This document shows, one piece after another, positions 38,087 through 46,289 of a stretch of 48,320 bases of DNA; positions within the stretch are counted from its first letter, which is position 1, and each line of letters starts with the position of its first letter. The stretch is taken from IMG/VR virus record IMGVR_UViG_3300020045_003154, positions 1 to 48,320 of that record, one strand, 5' to 3'. This DNA is from a virus. Taxonomy: Duplodnaviria > Caudoviricetes. A program made the translations under genes and the position numbers. A model generated the notes under the pieces. The model did not search any database and was not told the origin of the DNA. It was given only the letters and a program-made list of their open reading frames with translations.

Positions 38087-38186
38087 ACGTGTACGCGCGG
38101 GCGCGTTTGTTTTTATAGCAGGGAGAGCTTTACTGGGCTATAGCGGGAAACAATAGAGAAGGGCTTACGCGATAGAAAACATTTTC

Positions 38187-38214
38187 TTGCTAATGTTACG
38201 GGATAGCGTAGAAT
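38187..38214 (+). promoter_or_regulatory. Early-type sigma70 promoter
   Basis: TTGCTA-16nt-TAGAAT followed by CAACACACAAGGAA leader shared with the 41023 unit. Confidence 0.6.
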
Positions 38215-38250
38215 TCAGTCATCGAAACGCAACACACAAGGAAACAAGCC

Positions 38251-38451
38251 ATGCGAGTTATTACACAAGTCCACATTGAAGCAGCTCAGAAAATGCTTGA
38301 CGGGTTTTGCGACTATGTGCCTGTAACGCAAGAACTAGACTTAGGGCATGGATTTATGATCCATAACGTAGACGGCGAAGCTTGGGTCGTGTATTCTTCT
38401 GATCAGTCCTGCGATATGGATCAATGGACTAAAATTGAACGTATTCTCTAA
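38251..38451 (+). CDS. Early hypothetical protein
   Basis: AAGGA RBS after promoter. Confidence 0.6.
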   Translation: MRVITQVHIEAAQKMLDGFCDYVPVTQELDLGHGFMIHNVDGEAWVVYSSDQSCDMDQWTKIERIL

Positions 38452-38461
38452 GGGGCATAAA

Positions 38462-38620
38462 ATGCACACACAAACCGTTATCAATGCAGCCCGCAACGTA
38501 GCCCAATGGGGACGCTTGGCTGCAAAGCGCAACATCATCAAGAAAACGGGTTACAATGAAGCCACGGCGCTTCGTTGTCTTACAGTCGCTCTTCAATGTG
38601 AAGCTTGCAAGGGCTTCTAA
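38462..38620 (+). CDS. Early hypothetical protein
   Basis: MHTQTVINAARN..., AAGGGG RBS. Confidence 0.5.
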   Translation: MHTQTVINAARNVAQWGRLAAKRNIIKKTGYNEATALRCLTVALQCEACKGF

Positions 38621-38676
38621 CAACGTGTTATTGTTCTCCCTGTTGTTCTCTCAATTATTCTTTAAAGGGCTTTATC

Positions 38677-39123
38677 ATGGCACTCCTAAACATCAATAAA
38701 CTCACTCTGAGCTGGTCTGTTTCCCGTGGTCAGGATACATACGGCTATAACATCTGCCGTCTGGATAGCCGTGACTCTGGCACACGTTACAAGTGTATGG
38801 GTGGCGGCTATGACATGGTCGGTACAGTGTTCGGCAATTGGCTGGCTGCTGAGCATCAAGAAACCCTGAAGGCTTGGGCTGCTATGCAAGAGCAAAAAGA
38901 TTGCAACTATGGCGTGGCAGGTTACAAGTCTATCCCTGCATTCTATGGCGTGACAATCAACCCGGAAGGAAAGGTAACACTGGACGGCGCTTGCGGCATT
39001 GATTGCATGGTGCGCATTGCTGAAGCCATTGGCCTTGAGGTGCAGCGCGATTATGTAGCAAAAGGACGTAACCGTGGGCAGACTACTGGCTGGTTTGTGT
39101 GCAAGGCTGAGGAGAACAAATAA
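38677..39123 (+). CDS. Early hypothetical protein
   Basis: MALLN start; GGGYDMVGT and LDGACG motifs. Confidence 0.7.
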   Translation: MALLNINKLTLSWSVSRGQDTYGYNICRLDSRDSGTRYKCMGGGYDMVGTVFGNWLAAEHQETLKAWAAMQEQKDCNYGVAGYKSIPAFYGVTINPEGKVTLDGACGIDCMVRIAEAIGLEVQRDYVAKGRNRGQTTGWFVCKAEENK

Positions 39124-39125
39124 TC

Positions 39126-39542
39126 ATGATCACATACATCAAACACGCCAGCGGCAAACGTATTGCAGCCAATGGCCTGAAGGCAGAAAACATTGCGCAG
39201 CATTTTCACATGGCCCGCTCCAGCGCGCAGGATGTCCTAAAGGGAATGACACGCAAGCATTGCAAGATAGAGACAATGCAGCGCATGCGGGAATGTATGC
39301 GCATCAGCTACACGGTTACCCCCCGAGGCGTAGAATACTTGCAAGGCTCCAAGTCTATCCTTGCTGCTATCGTCGGGCTTATTGCAGAGAAGGCAGGGCA
39401 GGAAGCATCAGACATTAGCGAAACAATGCTATCATCTGGTTTTGCAAAGCATAGTCGGCAAAGGGTCTTGTGCGATGTTGCACGAGCAATTGACAAGGGG
39501 TATGTGGTGCAATCTAGCAAGCTTTCGGGCGCTATTTTTTAA
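39126..39542 (+). CDS. Early protein, possible HTH/winged-helix DNA binder
   Basis: GAGGAG RBS; AENIAQHFHMARSSAQDVL and YTVTPRGVEYL. Confidence 0.55.
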   Translation: MITYIKHASGKRIAANGLKAENIAQHFHMARSSAQDVLKGMTRKHCKIETMQRMRECMRISYTVTPRGVEYLQGSKSILAAIVGLIAEKAGQEASDISETMLSSGFAKHSRQRVLCDVARAIDKGYVVQSSKLSGAIF

Positions 39543-39552
39543 GGGGAATATT

Positions 39553-39738
39553 GTGAAAGTCTTCATACAAGGTATTCCCGCAAATCGTTACCCAAGTCAG
39601 CTTTATACTTATGGGTTGGTTATGCTGGATGGTTACAGGGCAGGTGAGTTTGTGGCAGAAAGTTTTGACGTGGACAAGGAAAGACTAAGCAAGTGGGCAA
39701 CACAAACAGGCTACGAGGTAGTAGACGTGTTTAAATAA
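39553..39738 (+). CDS. Early hypothetical protein
   Basis: AAGGGG RBS before GTG. Confidence 0.5.
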   Translation: MKVFIQGIPANRYPSQLYTYGLVMLDGYRAGEFVAESFDVDKERLSKWATQTGYEVVDVFK

Positions 39739-39772
39739 TCCTTGCAAAGCTGGAAACAGATAGTCTACAATG
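39733..39772 (+). promoter_or_regulatory. Early-type promoter
   Basis: AAATAATCC-TTGCAA-18nt-TACAAT(G). Confidence 0.7.
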
Positions 39773-39812
39773 AAATATGTTCAATAACACAATGAAAAGG
39801 TAGGGTAAGAGG

Positions 39813-40211
39813 ATGGAACTCAACATTACAAAGTTTTTCCACGAGGCCGGGATGATGGACTATTCCGCAAGCCGCGCAGAGATTGGGGATAATGCAGGGG
39901 TAGAAACATGGGCCAGCGCCTGCGAAGACTCTAAAGAGTATTTTCTACTCGATGACGACGAAAAACGGGAAGACTTCCGGAAGTATGTCAAGGATTTTGG
40001 CGCTTGGTCAGATGAAGAAATCCAAGCATGGGATGATGTAGAATTAAATGCTTTGTGCATCCAGCTTATTGCTGGAGACATTCGGGAAGCCGACCTTGAT
40101 ACAGATTCTCCAGATTGGCAAGCTTATGAGGAAAAAGCGGAGCAGGGGCAGTGTGGCGGCAGGATCTTTGAAGGCAATGATGGCAACGTTTACTACTATA
40201 TTGGGGATTAA
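39813..40211 (+). CDS. Highly acidic early protein (DNA-mimic candidate)
   Basis: About 34 D/E versus about 11 K/R in 132 aa by manual count; own promoter. Confidence 0.7.
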   Translation: MELNITKFFHEAGMMDYSASRAEIGDNAGVETWASACEDSKEYFLLDDDEKREDFRKYVKDFGAWSDEEIQAWDDVELNALCIQLIAGDIREADLDTDSPDWQAYEEKAEQGQCGGRIFEGNDGNVYYYIGD

Positions 40212-40494
40212 ATCATGCAAACAAACACAAGCCGCATTAAAGTAAAATCAAGCAAGCCCCGCAAGGCTTACACGGAACAACAGCCTAAACAGGGGCGCAA
40301 GCCTGAGCGTATTGTTTTTTATTGGGAGATCTGAGCTATGGTGAATACTTACTCCAAAAAGGTTACTTGTAACAAGTGCGGGAAGGAAAACCCCTTGGTT
40401 ATACGTGGCAATGGCACAATGCACGTGCCGTATTCTTGGCAAGTAGTGAACTCATGCAGCAGAGAGGAGGCACACTATTGCCCAGCGTGTCAAC

Positions 40495-40776
40495 ATGCCT
40501 AACCCCACGTATTGGCAGTTAGACTTTATCACACTAGCTCTTACACAAATCACATTAAAAGTCTCTTACAATTCTTTTCCGATGCATATATGGGATTACC
40601 AACATTCCGGAGACGGGAAGGGTATGGTGTACCGTAGCTATGACAAGGGCGAGCTGCTAAAGCTGCGGTACACTATTAATTGGGGTAGATTGCAAAACAT
40701 ACGCTTAGAAAGGGATAGATACGGAAGCGAGTGGCAAGAGTGGGCTAACAAACAGACAGGGGAGGGGTATGAGTAA
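40495..40776 (+). CDS. Early hypothetical protein (start uncertain)
   Basis: ORF in early cluster. Confidence 0.4.
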   Translation: MPNPTYWQLDFITLALTQITLKVSYNSFPMHIWDYQHSGDGKGMVYRSYDKGELLKLRYTINWGRLQNIRLERDRYGSEWQEWANKQTGEGYE

Positions 40777-40948
40777 AGCATCTACATGTACGCACAATGC
40801 TAATAGGGCTTCTCACGCCATCGCCTTGCCCTATTGTGTATGGGCTCAAACAATCCCTAAGCCGCATCCGCCACAGTTTAAGGCCTTTCCGGGCGTGGTG
40901 TCTGATAGGGATTGTGCGAAGTGTAAAGCATACGTAAAGGCATGAACA

Positions 40949-40975
40949 AAGCCCCGCTAATGCGGGGCTTCTCTT
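40949..40975 (+). terminator. Intrinsic terminator
   Basis: AAGCCCCGC-TAAT-GCGGGGCTT-CTCTT. Confidence 0.8.
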
Positions 40976-40983
40976 ATGTCCCC

Positions 40984-41002
40984 CTCTTTACATATCTTTA
41001 CA
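40984..41002 (-). promoter_or_regulatory. CpxR/OmpR-family-type direct repeat
   Basis: GTAAA-GATAT-GTAAA on minus strand; 18/19 identical to 46715-46733. Confidence 0.5.
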
Positions 41003-41013
41003 AAACTATTTGC

Positions 41014-41053
41014 AAATAATCCTTGTATGTCTCTAATGTTATCGTCTACAATG
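41014..41053 (+). promoter_or_regulatory. Early-type promoter
   Basis: AAATAATCC-TTGTAT-18nt-TACAAT(G), same frame as 39733 promoter. Confidence 0.7.
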
Positions 41054-41433
41054 GAATCTCTGAAGCAAACAACACACAAGGAAGAACATCATGGCCCGCT
41101 CTACTGAATATGTTGCAAACGTTCAAGGCTTCACGTCTTATGATGTAAGCCGCAAGCAAGCTACAACGAAAGCAAGTTTCAATTATGTGAAGGCATTCGG
41201 CTATTGTGTTGCCTTGCTGGCTATTGCTGCTGTTGTATTTAACTAATCGGAGTCAACCTCATGCTACAAATCAAACTAACATCCGGCTTTTCCCTCTCAT
41301 TTGACTCCCTTGCGGCTGTACTTGATTGGTCGCCACATTGGGAACTAATTGAAGACTCAGAAGGGGAATGTGTGTATAATTCCAGCACGGGCTCTATTGT
41401 TGGGCGTGTTGTTTATAATTGAGGGGCGAAGAG

Positions 41434-41637
41434 ATGAAAGCTAACATCGAAGAAGGCTATCTGCAGCACGGGCAAGGCAATGGCCCTTTTCGTACAGAAG
41501 CCGTAAAGGTGAGGCATGAAGTTGCTGATAACTATTCAGCCTTTTATGAAGGGCAATGGCGCAAGGTACACGATACAATCCAGCGAAGTTATATTGTGTA
41601 CAGGGGCGAGAAGATAATGATTCTGTATGAACATTGA
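41434..41637 (+). CDS. Early hypothetical protein
   Basis: MKANIEE..., last ORF before terminator. Confidence 0.55.
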   Translation: MKANIEEGYLQHGQGNGPFRTEAVKVRHEVADNYSAFYEGQWRKVHDTIQRSYIVYRGEKIMILYEH

Positions 41638-41662
41638 TTAGGACATATCCAGCAAGGAAACA

Positions 41663-41687
41663 AGGCCCGCTAATGCGGGCCTCTTTA
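41663..41687 (+). terminator. Intrinsic terminator closing early cluster
   Basis: AGGCCCGC-TAAT-GCGGGCCT-CTTT. Confidence 0.8.
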
Positions 41688-42017
41688 CGTGCACATACAA
41701 TAGGTGAGGGCTTAGTAGGTAGGCTATAAAGCCCCCTGTATAGGGCAGGGGATAGGGGCTATATGCGTGGCATATTAAGGCGTATTGCGTGGCAATAGGA
41801 TGCTTTAGAGCGTGTGCGTAGCACACGCGAGGGCTACCCTGTAAGGGCATACCTAGGCAGGGCAAGGGATAGCGTGTATGGCACAGAGCAATGTGTCAGG
41901 ATGCGTAGGGGAAAGCGTATATGCGTATGATTAGCAAGAAGAGATGAAGAGATAGACCACATTCTACACGCTGTACACTAAACCCTATAGCCCTTCCATA
42001 CTACCATACTAGTCAAT

Positions 42018-42033
42018 TGTTCCACGTGAAACA
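42018..42033. other. parS: parS (chromosomal ParB/Spo0J binding site)
   Basis: TGTTCCACGTGAAACA, exact match to TGTTNCACGTGAAACA. Confidence 0.85.
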
Positions 42034-42040
42034 TAGTAAC

Positions 42041-42056
42041 AGTTAAACGTTTAACT
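42041..42056. repeat. Perfect 16-bp palindrome (operator-like)
   Basis: AGTTAAACGTTTAACT. Confidence 0.75.
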
Positions 42057-42413
42057 AACATGTATGCGTTACATCTAGCAGCTATCATTAGCGTCCTTAG
42101 TCCTAGTAGAATGCCCTAGCCTACATAGCCTATGCAGCCCTGTACAGGTTAGCCCTAGCGGGTAGCTATACGCTGCAGCCCGCGTGCTAATGATTAGCCT
42201 TGAGGATAGAGTTCAAAGGGTATGCCCTGACGTTTACATAAAACAGCCTAAGCGCAGTAGTGATAATAAGGTGGATGTATGTACAGTAGTACGATGCAGA
42301 ATGGACAAGGCTGTAACATTAGCTCTTAAGTTTATCATTCGTTCTATTGATGGGCGAAGGGCATGGGTAAGGGGTGAGGGGAAGGATCACGTAAGGGTAT
42401 ACAGATATTTTAC

Positions 42414-42429
42414 TGGCATGCTTCTTGCT
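42414..42429 (+). promoter_or_regulatory. sigma54 -24/-12-like site
   Basis: TGGCATG-CTTC-TTGCT. Confidence 0.6.
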
Positions 42430-42796
42430 TGTTCGACGAGTACCTCGCCCGCTCAGCCATGCCCGATCCTTGGGGCAAATTCCAACGTATTCCTCCCAAT
42501 TACCACTCTGATATTCCCTACCTGTGTGCTGTGCCACCGCCCCTGCTACTGCCTTATCAGAAATAATTTTCTATCAGAATAGTATCAATCCCCGCAGAAT
42601 CCCTCTACAACCTCTCTATTGAGTTTTACCCTCTCCAAGCTACCCTCACAAGGGATAGTCCTATATCCCCTCTCCTACGCCCTCCTAGCCTGCTGCAAAT
42701 AGCATTCCCTCCTATGATATATTTCCCTATCACACCTCACAGGATTTGTCACTATATGGGCACTAAAATAATTTTTTATAGATTTACCTATTGACA

Positions 42797-42830
42797 AAAT
42801 AAAAGGGAGCCTCCCGTTAAGAAGGCTCCC
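42797..42830 (-). terminator. Intrinsic terminator of right-hand leftward operon
   Basis: Minus strand GGGAGCCTTCT-TAAC-GGGAGGCTCCC-TTTTATTT. Confidence 0.85.
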
Positions 42831-42850
42831 CTAGATGCTCTTAGGCTTAC

Positions 42851-43021
42851 TCAGTATTGCTGCTCACCAATAGACACCCAAGCCCAACTAACTTCTTCAT
42901 CAGCAAGGGTGATTGTCACTTTAATATCTGAGCTGTAATCTCGTGAAAGTTCCACACCAAGATTATTCTTCAACCATTCAATCTGTTCCTTGCTGAAAGG
43001 ACATTCGTTCTGTTCGCTCAT
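42851..43021 (-). CDS. Hypothetical protein
   Basis: GGAGG RBS before MSEQ. Confidence 0.55.
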   Translation of the reverse strand: MSEQNECPFSKEQIEWLKNNLGVELSRDYSSDIKVTITLADEEVSWAWVSIGEQQY

Positions 43022-43323
43022 TGTTCTTCCTCCCACCTCTTACCACACTCAGGACAATGATACTCTTTCCAATACCTGTCATCAGACTTGCAACAGTTCC
43101 CTGTGTCACTTTTATAGTGCACAGTTGCTTCCATGTGGTCACACCGAGCCTGTAATACCTTAAGCCTCTTACGAATAGCAACAGATAAACTCTCAAGGCT
43201 CTCTCGTTCTTCTTTAATTGATTTCACTCGTTCCTCCTTCTTCAAATACTCAGCCACAGATTCCTTCACCTTCTCCAATGTTGTCGGCTTTAGCGACTGA
43301 AGTTTATCAGAGAGCTTACTCAT
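43018..43323 (-). CDS. Hypothetical protein with C-terminal Zn ribbon
   Basis: CDH...CPECGKRW. Confidence 0.6.
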   Translation of the reverse strand: MSKLSDKLQSLKPTTLEKVKESVAEYLKKEERVKSIKEERESLESLSVAIRKRLKVLQARCDHMEATVHYKSDTGNCCKSDDRYWKEYHCPECGKRWEEEQ

Positions 43324-43658
43324 CCTTCCCCCGTAATCGTGTAATACTGCCATTCTGTATCAATCCATTGAACAAATGCGTCATCACCTTCTGGTTGTAC
43401 CCTTGCCCCTTGTTGGTGGATGCATACACGATAAACAGTTTGGCATGGTTGCACACATTTCATAATGTACCTCCGATACCCAACAGTCTTCTCTTGCTTA
43501 GGCTTAATCCGAAAGACGTTGTACTCATCGAATACACTTGTGCTAGGGACATCAGCCCATTCGTCGTAAGCTCCATCAATCCCTGCGGGCTTCCACTCCA
43601 CTTCCTTCCCCTCTGCCCAAGCTACAATCATTTCATAGTTCTTGTGTCGTGTGCTCAT
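43320..43658 (-). CDS. Hypothetical phage protein
   Basis: IVAWAEGKEVE..FRIKP motif common in phages. Confidence 0.65.
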   Translation of the reverse strand: MSTRHKNYEMIVAWAEGKEVEWKPAGIDGAYDEWADVPSTSVFDEYNVFRIKPKQEKTVGYRRYIMKCVQPCQTVYRVCIHQQGARVQPEGDDAFVQWIDTEWQYYTITGEG

Positions 43659-43843
43659 TACACCCTCCCTTCATCTCTAGCTGTCAGTAGCTTAAAAGCC
43701 CATGCTTCTGTGTTTGCATTATTGAAGAATAAATCCTTCAGTAGCTCAACAAGCTCTTCGTGCAATACTTTACTCCGCTGTAGCTCATATTGCAAATCAG
43801 TAATCTGTTCTTGCAAGTCTCGTAGATCGTCTCTATCAATCAT
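43658..43843 (-). CDS. Hypothetical coiled-coil protein
   Basis: GGAGG RBS. Confidence 0.55.
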   Translation of the reverse strand: MIDRDDLRDLQEQITDLQYELQRSKVLHEELVELLKDLFFNNANTEAWAFKLLTARDEGRV

Positions 43844-44120
43844 TATCGTCCTCCCATTTACGATGTGCCCTACGCTCTTCCTTCTCTCGATCCCTCTCTA
43901 CAGAATTCCTCGGAAGATGCTTATAAGCTCTCGAAGGCTTCAACGGAATAGCCTCTTTGTCCTCCTGCTGTTTAATGTGCTTCACGTACGTCCCACTCCT
44001 CAACTGAATATCGTTCCTTGAAACATGTGTGCTGAGAATCAATATAAACTTGTGCAGCAGACATTGAAGAGAACACCCCTTCAATCTCTGTGCTTCCATA
44101 GCTCCCTTCGTATGTAACAA
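43836..44120 (-). CDS. Hypothetical protein
   Basis: ORF fills operon gap; start uncertain. Confidence 0.35.
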   Translation of the reverse strand: MLHTKGAMEAQRLKGCSLQCLLHKFILILSTHVSRNDIQLRSGTYVKHIKQQEDKEAIPLKPSRAYKHLPRNSVERDREKEERRAHRKWEDDND

Positions 44121-44135
44121 TCCAAACGCTCTTCA

Positions 44136-44348
44136 TCACTTCTCCCCTTCCACATATTCAATAGGAACATCTACCCAGTAGTTCCTGCCAAGGTGCTGCT
44201 CAGGTTGGTATTGCAACACAGGAGCCTTCTGCTTGCCTAGCAAAGCCTTCTTAGCTTCCATCATTGTGCAGCAATGGCTATCTCTGTACATTCTCACTTG
44301 CTCTGCTGTTACAGCAGGAGCTTTCTCAATTAGCCAGCGTAGTTGCAT
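44136..44348 (-). CDS. Hypothetical protein (L7/L12 or EF-Ts-like VRMYR..MMEAKKAL segment)
   Basis: AAGGAG RBS; own promoter. Confidence 0.6.
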   Translation of the reverse strand: MQLRWLIEKAPAVTAEQVRMYRDSHCCTMMEAKKALLGKQKAPVLQYQPEQHLGRNYWVDVPIEYVEGEK

Positions 44349-44422
44349 GGGTGTTCTCCTTCGTTATTCAATTATGGTCACCACAAGCAATCACAAATTG
44401 CGCAGTGGAAGCGTGAAGCGCT

Positions 44423-44452
44423 ATTGTACAACAGAATGATGCAGGCTGTCAA
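44423..44452 (-). promoter_or_regulatory. sigma70 promoter
   Basis: TTGACA-18nt-TACAAT. Confidence 0.75.
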
Positions 44453-44460
44453 GCTGTTTC

Positions 44461-46254
44461 TCATAGAAGGTTCCCCAGCACAACAGACTCCATTGCAAGA
44501 CTATCTGCCGTAGGCATACTGTTCGGATTCACCCCTGTCAGGCTTCCGATCCATTCTCCGAACTTCTCACGACTCTCGTAGTTGTCCTCTCCATCATCAT
44601 CGTTCTCACTATCATCATAGGAGCCCATAATGTGCATAAGTGCATCAGAAGCGTGCTCTCCGTGAGGAAGCTGTAGCATTGGATTGGACAGGTACTCTCT
44701 GGCACTACACATTCTCGTATTGAATGCCATTGCAGCCTTAGTCCTGTGCTCTATCAAGTCCTGTACAACAACGCTTACCTGCAATACCTTCTTCGCACGA
44801 GTACAAGCTACATACAGGAGATTACGCTCACTGCCAGCAAGCCCCACATACTTTCCATCTTTGAAAGCTGGAACAAAGTCTTCTGCAAGCACTACTTGAT
44901 CTGCCTCTAGCCCCTTACTCTTGTGTGCTGTCATCAGCGTAATATGTGCATCCTCCTTGTTCACATGATTACGAAGGCAATCTAGGATGTGCCCACTGTT
45001 ACCATTATCCACAATCAGGGCAGCACGACTTAATTCCCCTCCTTGAGAATACTTGGCTTCCTCTTTCACTTCCTTCCAGTTATCAAAGGCAATCAGGCTA
45101 TCATGCTTCACATCTTTCATTCGGCCTTCACTCAGTGCTACAGCAGATACAAGCAGCTTGCAGAAGTCTTGCACGTCAGCGAAGATGTTAACACTCTTCC
45201 CCTCAGAGATAAGCCACACAGCTTCTTTGATTAGTTCCGTGTTCGTGCGGAACAAGGCCGTGTATGGCTTGCTTACGTCGATCTTACCCACAACAGATTG
45301 TTCATCTCCGTTAGGGACAATCTTCGTGCCATTCGCAAGGATTGCCTCTGCCACCTTTGCAATCTCCTTGCCGTACCGGAAGCTTTGAGACAGTGCTAGG
45401 CTCTTACAAGCGAATTTCTGCATAGCATTCACAGCCCCACGCCATCCGTAGATTGCTTGAAATTCATCGCCTACGAGAATCACTTTACAATTGTCCTTGT
45501 TATTCTCCACAACATCAATAAAGCAAGGATTGCAGTCTTGTGCTTCATCTAGCAGGAGCACATCACACTTGAGTGTGGGCTTAGATAGTTGGTATAGCTT
45601 GAGTGTGGGCTTAGATTGTTGGTATAGCTTGAGATAAGTGTCATGGGTAGCCAGCACAGTGCTACTGAGGTCTGTACGCATCTTCCACAGACGTTGTGCG
45701 TGTTGAAGCACAATAGGGATAATCTGCTTCTTCAGCTTTGTTCCTACACTCTCTCGTAGCGTCTTCTGCTTCAAGGCAATACGTAAGCCTTCCCTGCACA
45801 CATGATGTTCACTAACAACCTTGTCTGCTGACTGCTCATACTTAGCCAAGCAATCCTTTACAAGACTGCCAATGGCAATACTGGAGATGATAAGCACATC
45901 CTTCTTGAACACAGGGGAGATATGCAGCAGCTTTGCTATCTCTCCACTTGTTCCTCCTACGTTCTTATACCCACCAACAGGACGACTCAGTTTATCTCGA
46001 TACTTGTTACCAACAGCTTCATAGGCAATGGAGTGCATCGTACGACATTCTACATTGCTAGGCATTCTTGCCTCTGCTTCTAGTTGCATGTTCTTGTTGT
46101 ATGCAATGTATAGGCACTTCTTATCTGATAGCGCTTCTCCAACAAGCTTAAGGGTAGTGGTCTTCCCTGAACCAGCAATAGCACACACCTTCAGCATCTC
46201 CTTGTCTTGTTGTACAGCTTCAACAATCTTCTGCTGCTCTTCTGTTGGATTCAT
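44461..46254 (-). CDS. UvrD/Rep-like SF1 helicase
   Basis: AIAGSGKTT, LLDEAQD, VGDEFQAIYGWRGA, SQSFRYG, TAHKSKGLE, YVACTRAK. Confidence 0.92.
   Translation of the reverse strand: MNPTEEQQKIVEAVQQDKEMLKVCAIAGSGKTTTLKLVGEALSDKKCLYIAYNKNMQLEAEARMPSNVECRTMHSIAYEAVGNKYRDKLSRPVGGYKNVGGTSGEIAKLLHISPVFKKDVLIISSIAIGSLVKDCLAKYEQSADKVVSEHHVCREGLRIALKQKTLRESVGTKLKKQIIPIVLQHAQRLWKMRTDLSSTVLATHDTYLKLYQQSKPTLKLYQLSKPTLKCDVLLLDEAQDCNPCFIDVVENNKDNCKVILVGDEFQAIYGWRGAVNAMQKFACKSLALSQSFRYGKEIAKVAEAILANGTKIVPNGDEQSVVGKIDVSKPYTALFRTNTELIKEAVWLISEGKSVNIFADVQDFCKLLVSAVALSEGRMKDVKHDSLIAFDNWKEVKEEAKYSQGGELSRAALIVDNGNSGHILDCLRNHVNKEDAHITLMTAHKSKGLEADQVVLAEDFVPAFKDGKYVGLAGSERNLLYVACTRAKKVLQVSVVVQDLIEHRTKAAMAFNTRMCSAREYLSNPMLQLPHGEHASDALMHIMGSYDDSENDDDGEDNYESREKFGEWIGSLTGVNPNSMPTADSLAMESVVLGNLL
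45568..45633. repeat. 30-bp in-frame tandem duplication
   Basis: CTTGAGTGTGGGCTTAGAT(A/T)GTTGGTATAG x2, encoding KLYQQSKPTL KLYQLSKPTL. Confidence 0.95.
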
Positions 46255-46289
46255 ATTCTCCCTCTTTCTTAACTAATGATGTAAACGTA

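Noticed and set aside
42184-42582. 132-aa plus-strand ORF and 72-aa minus-strand ORF in the gene-free region
   Set aside because: No RBS or sigma70 promoter, atypical composition, lies between convergent terminators
43218-44021. 267-aa plus-strand ORF
   Set aside because: Antisense shadow of RBS-supported minus-strand genes
45005-45013. DnaA box TTATCCACA
   Set aside because: Single 9-mer inside a coding sequence; expected by chance
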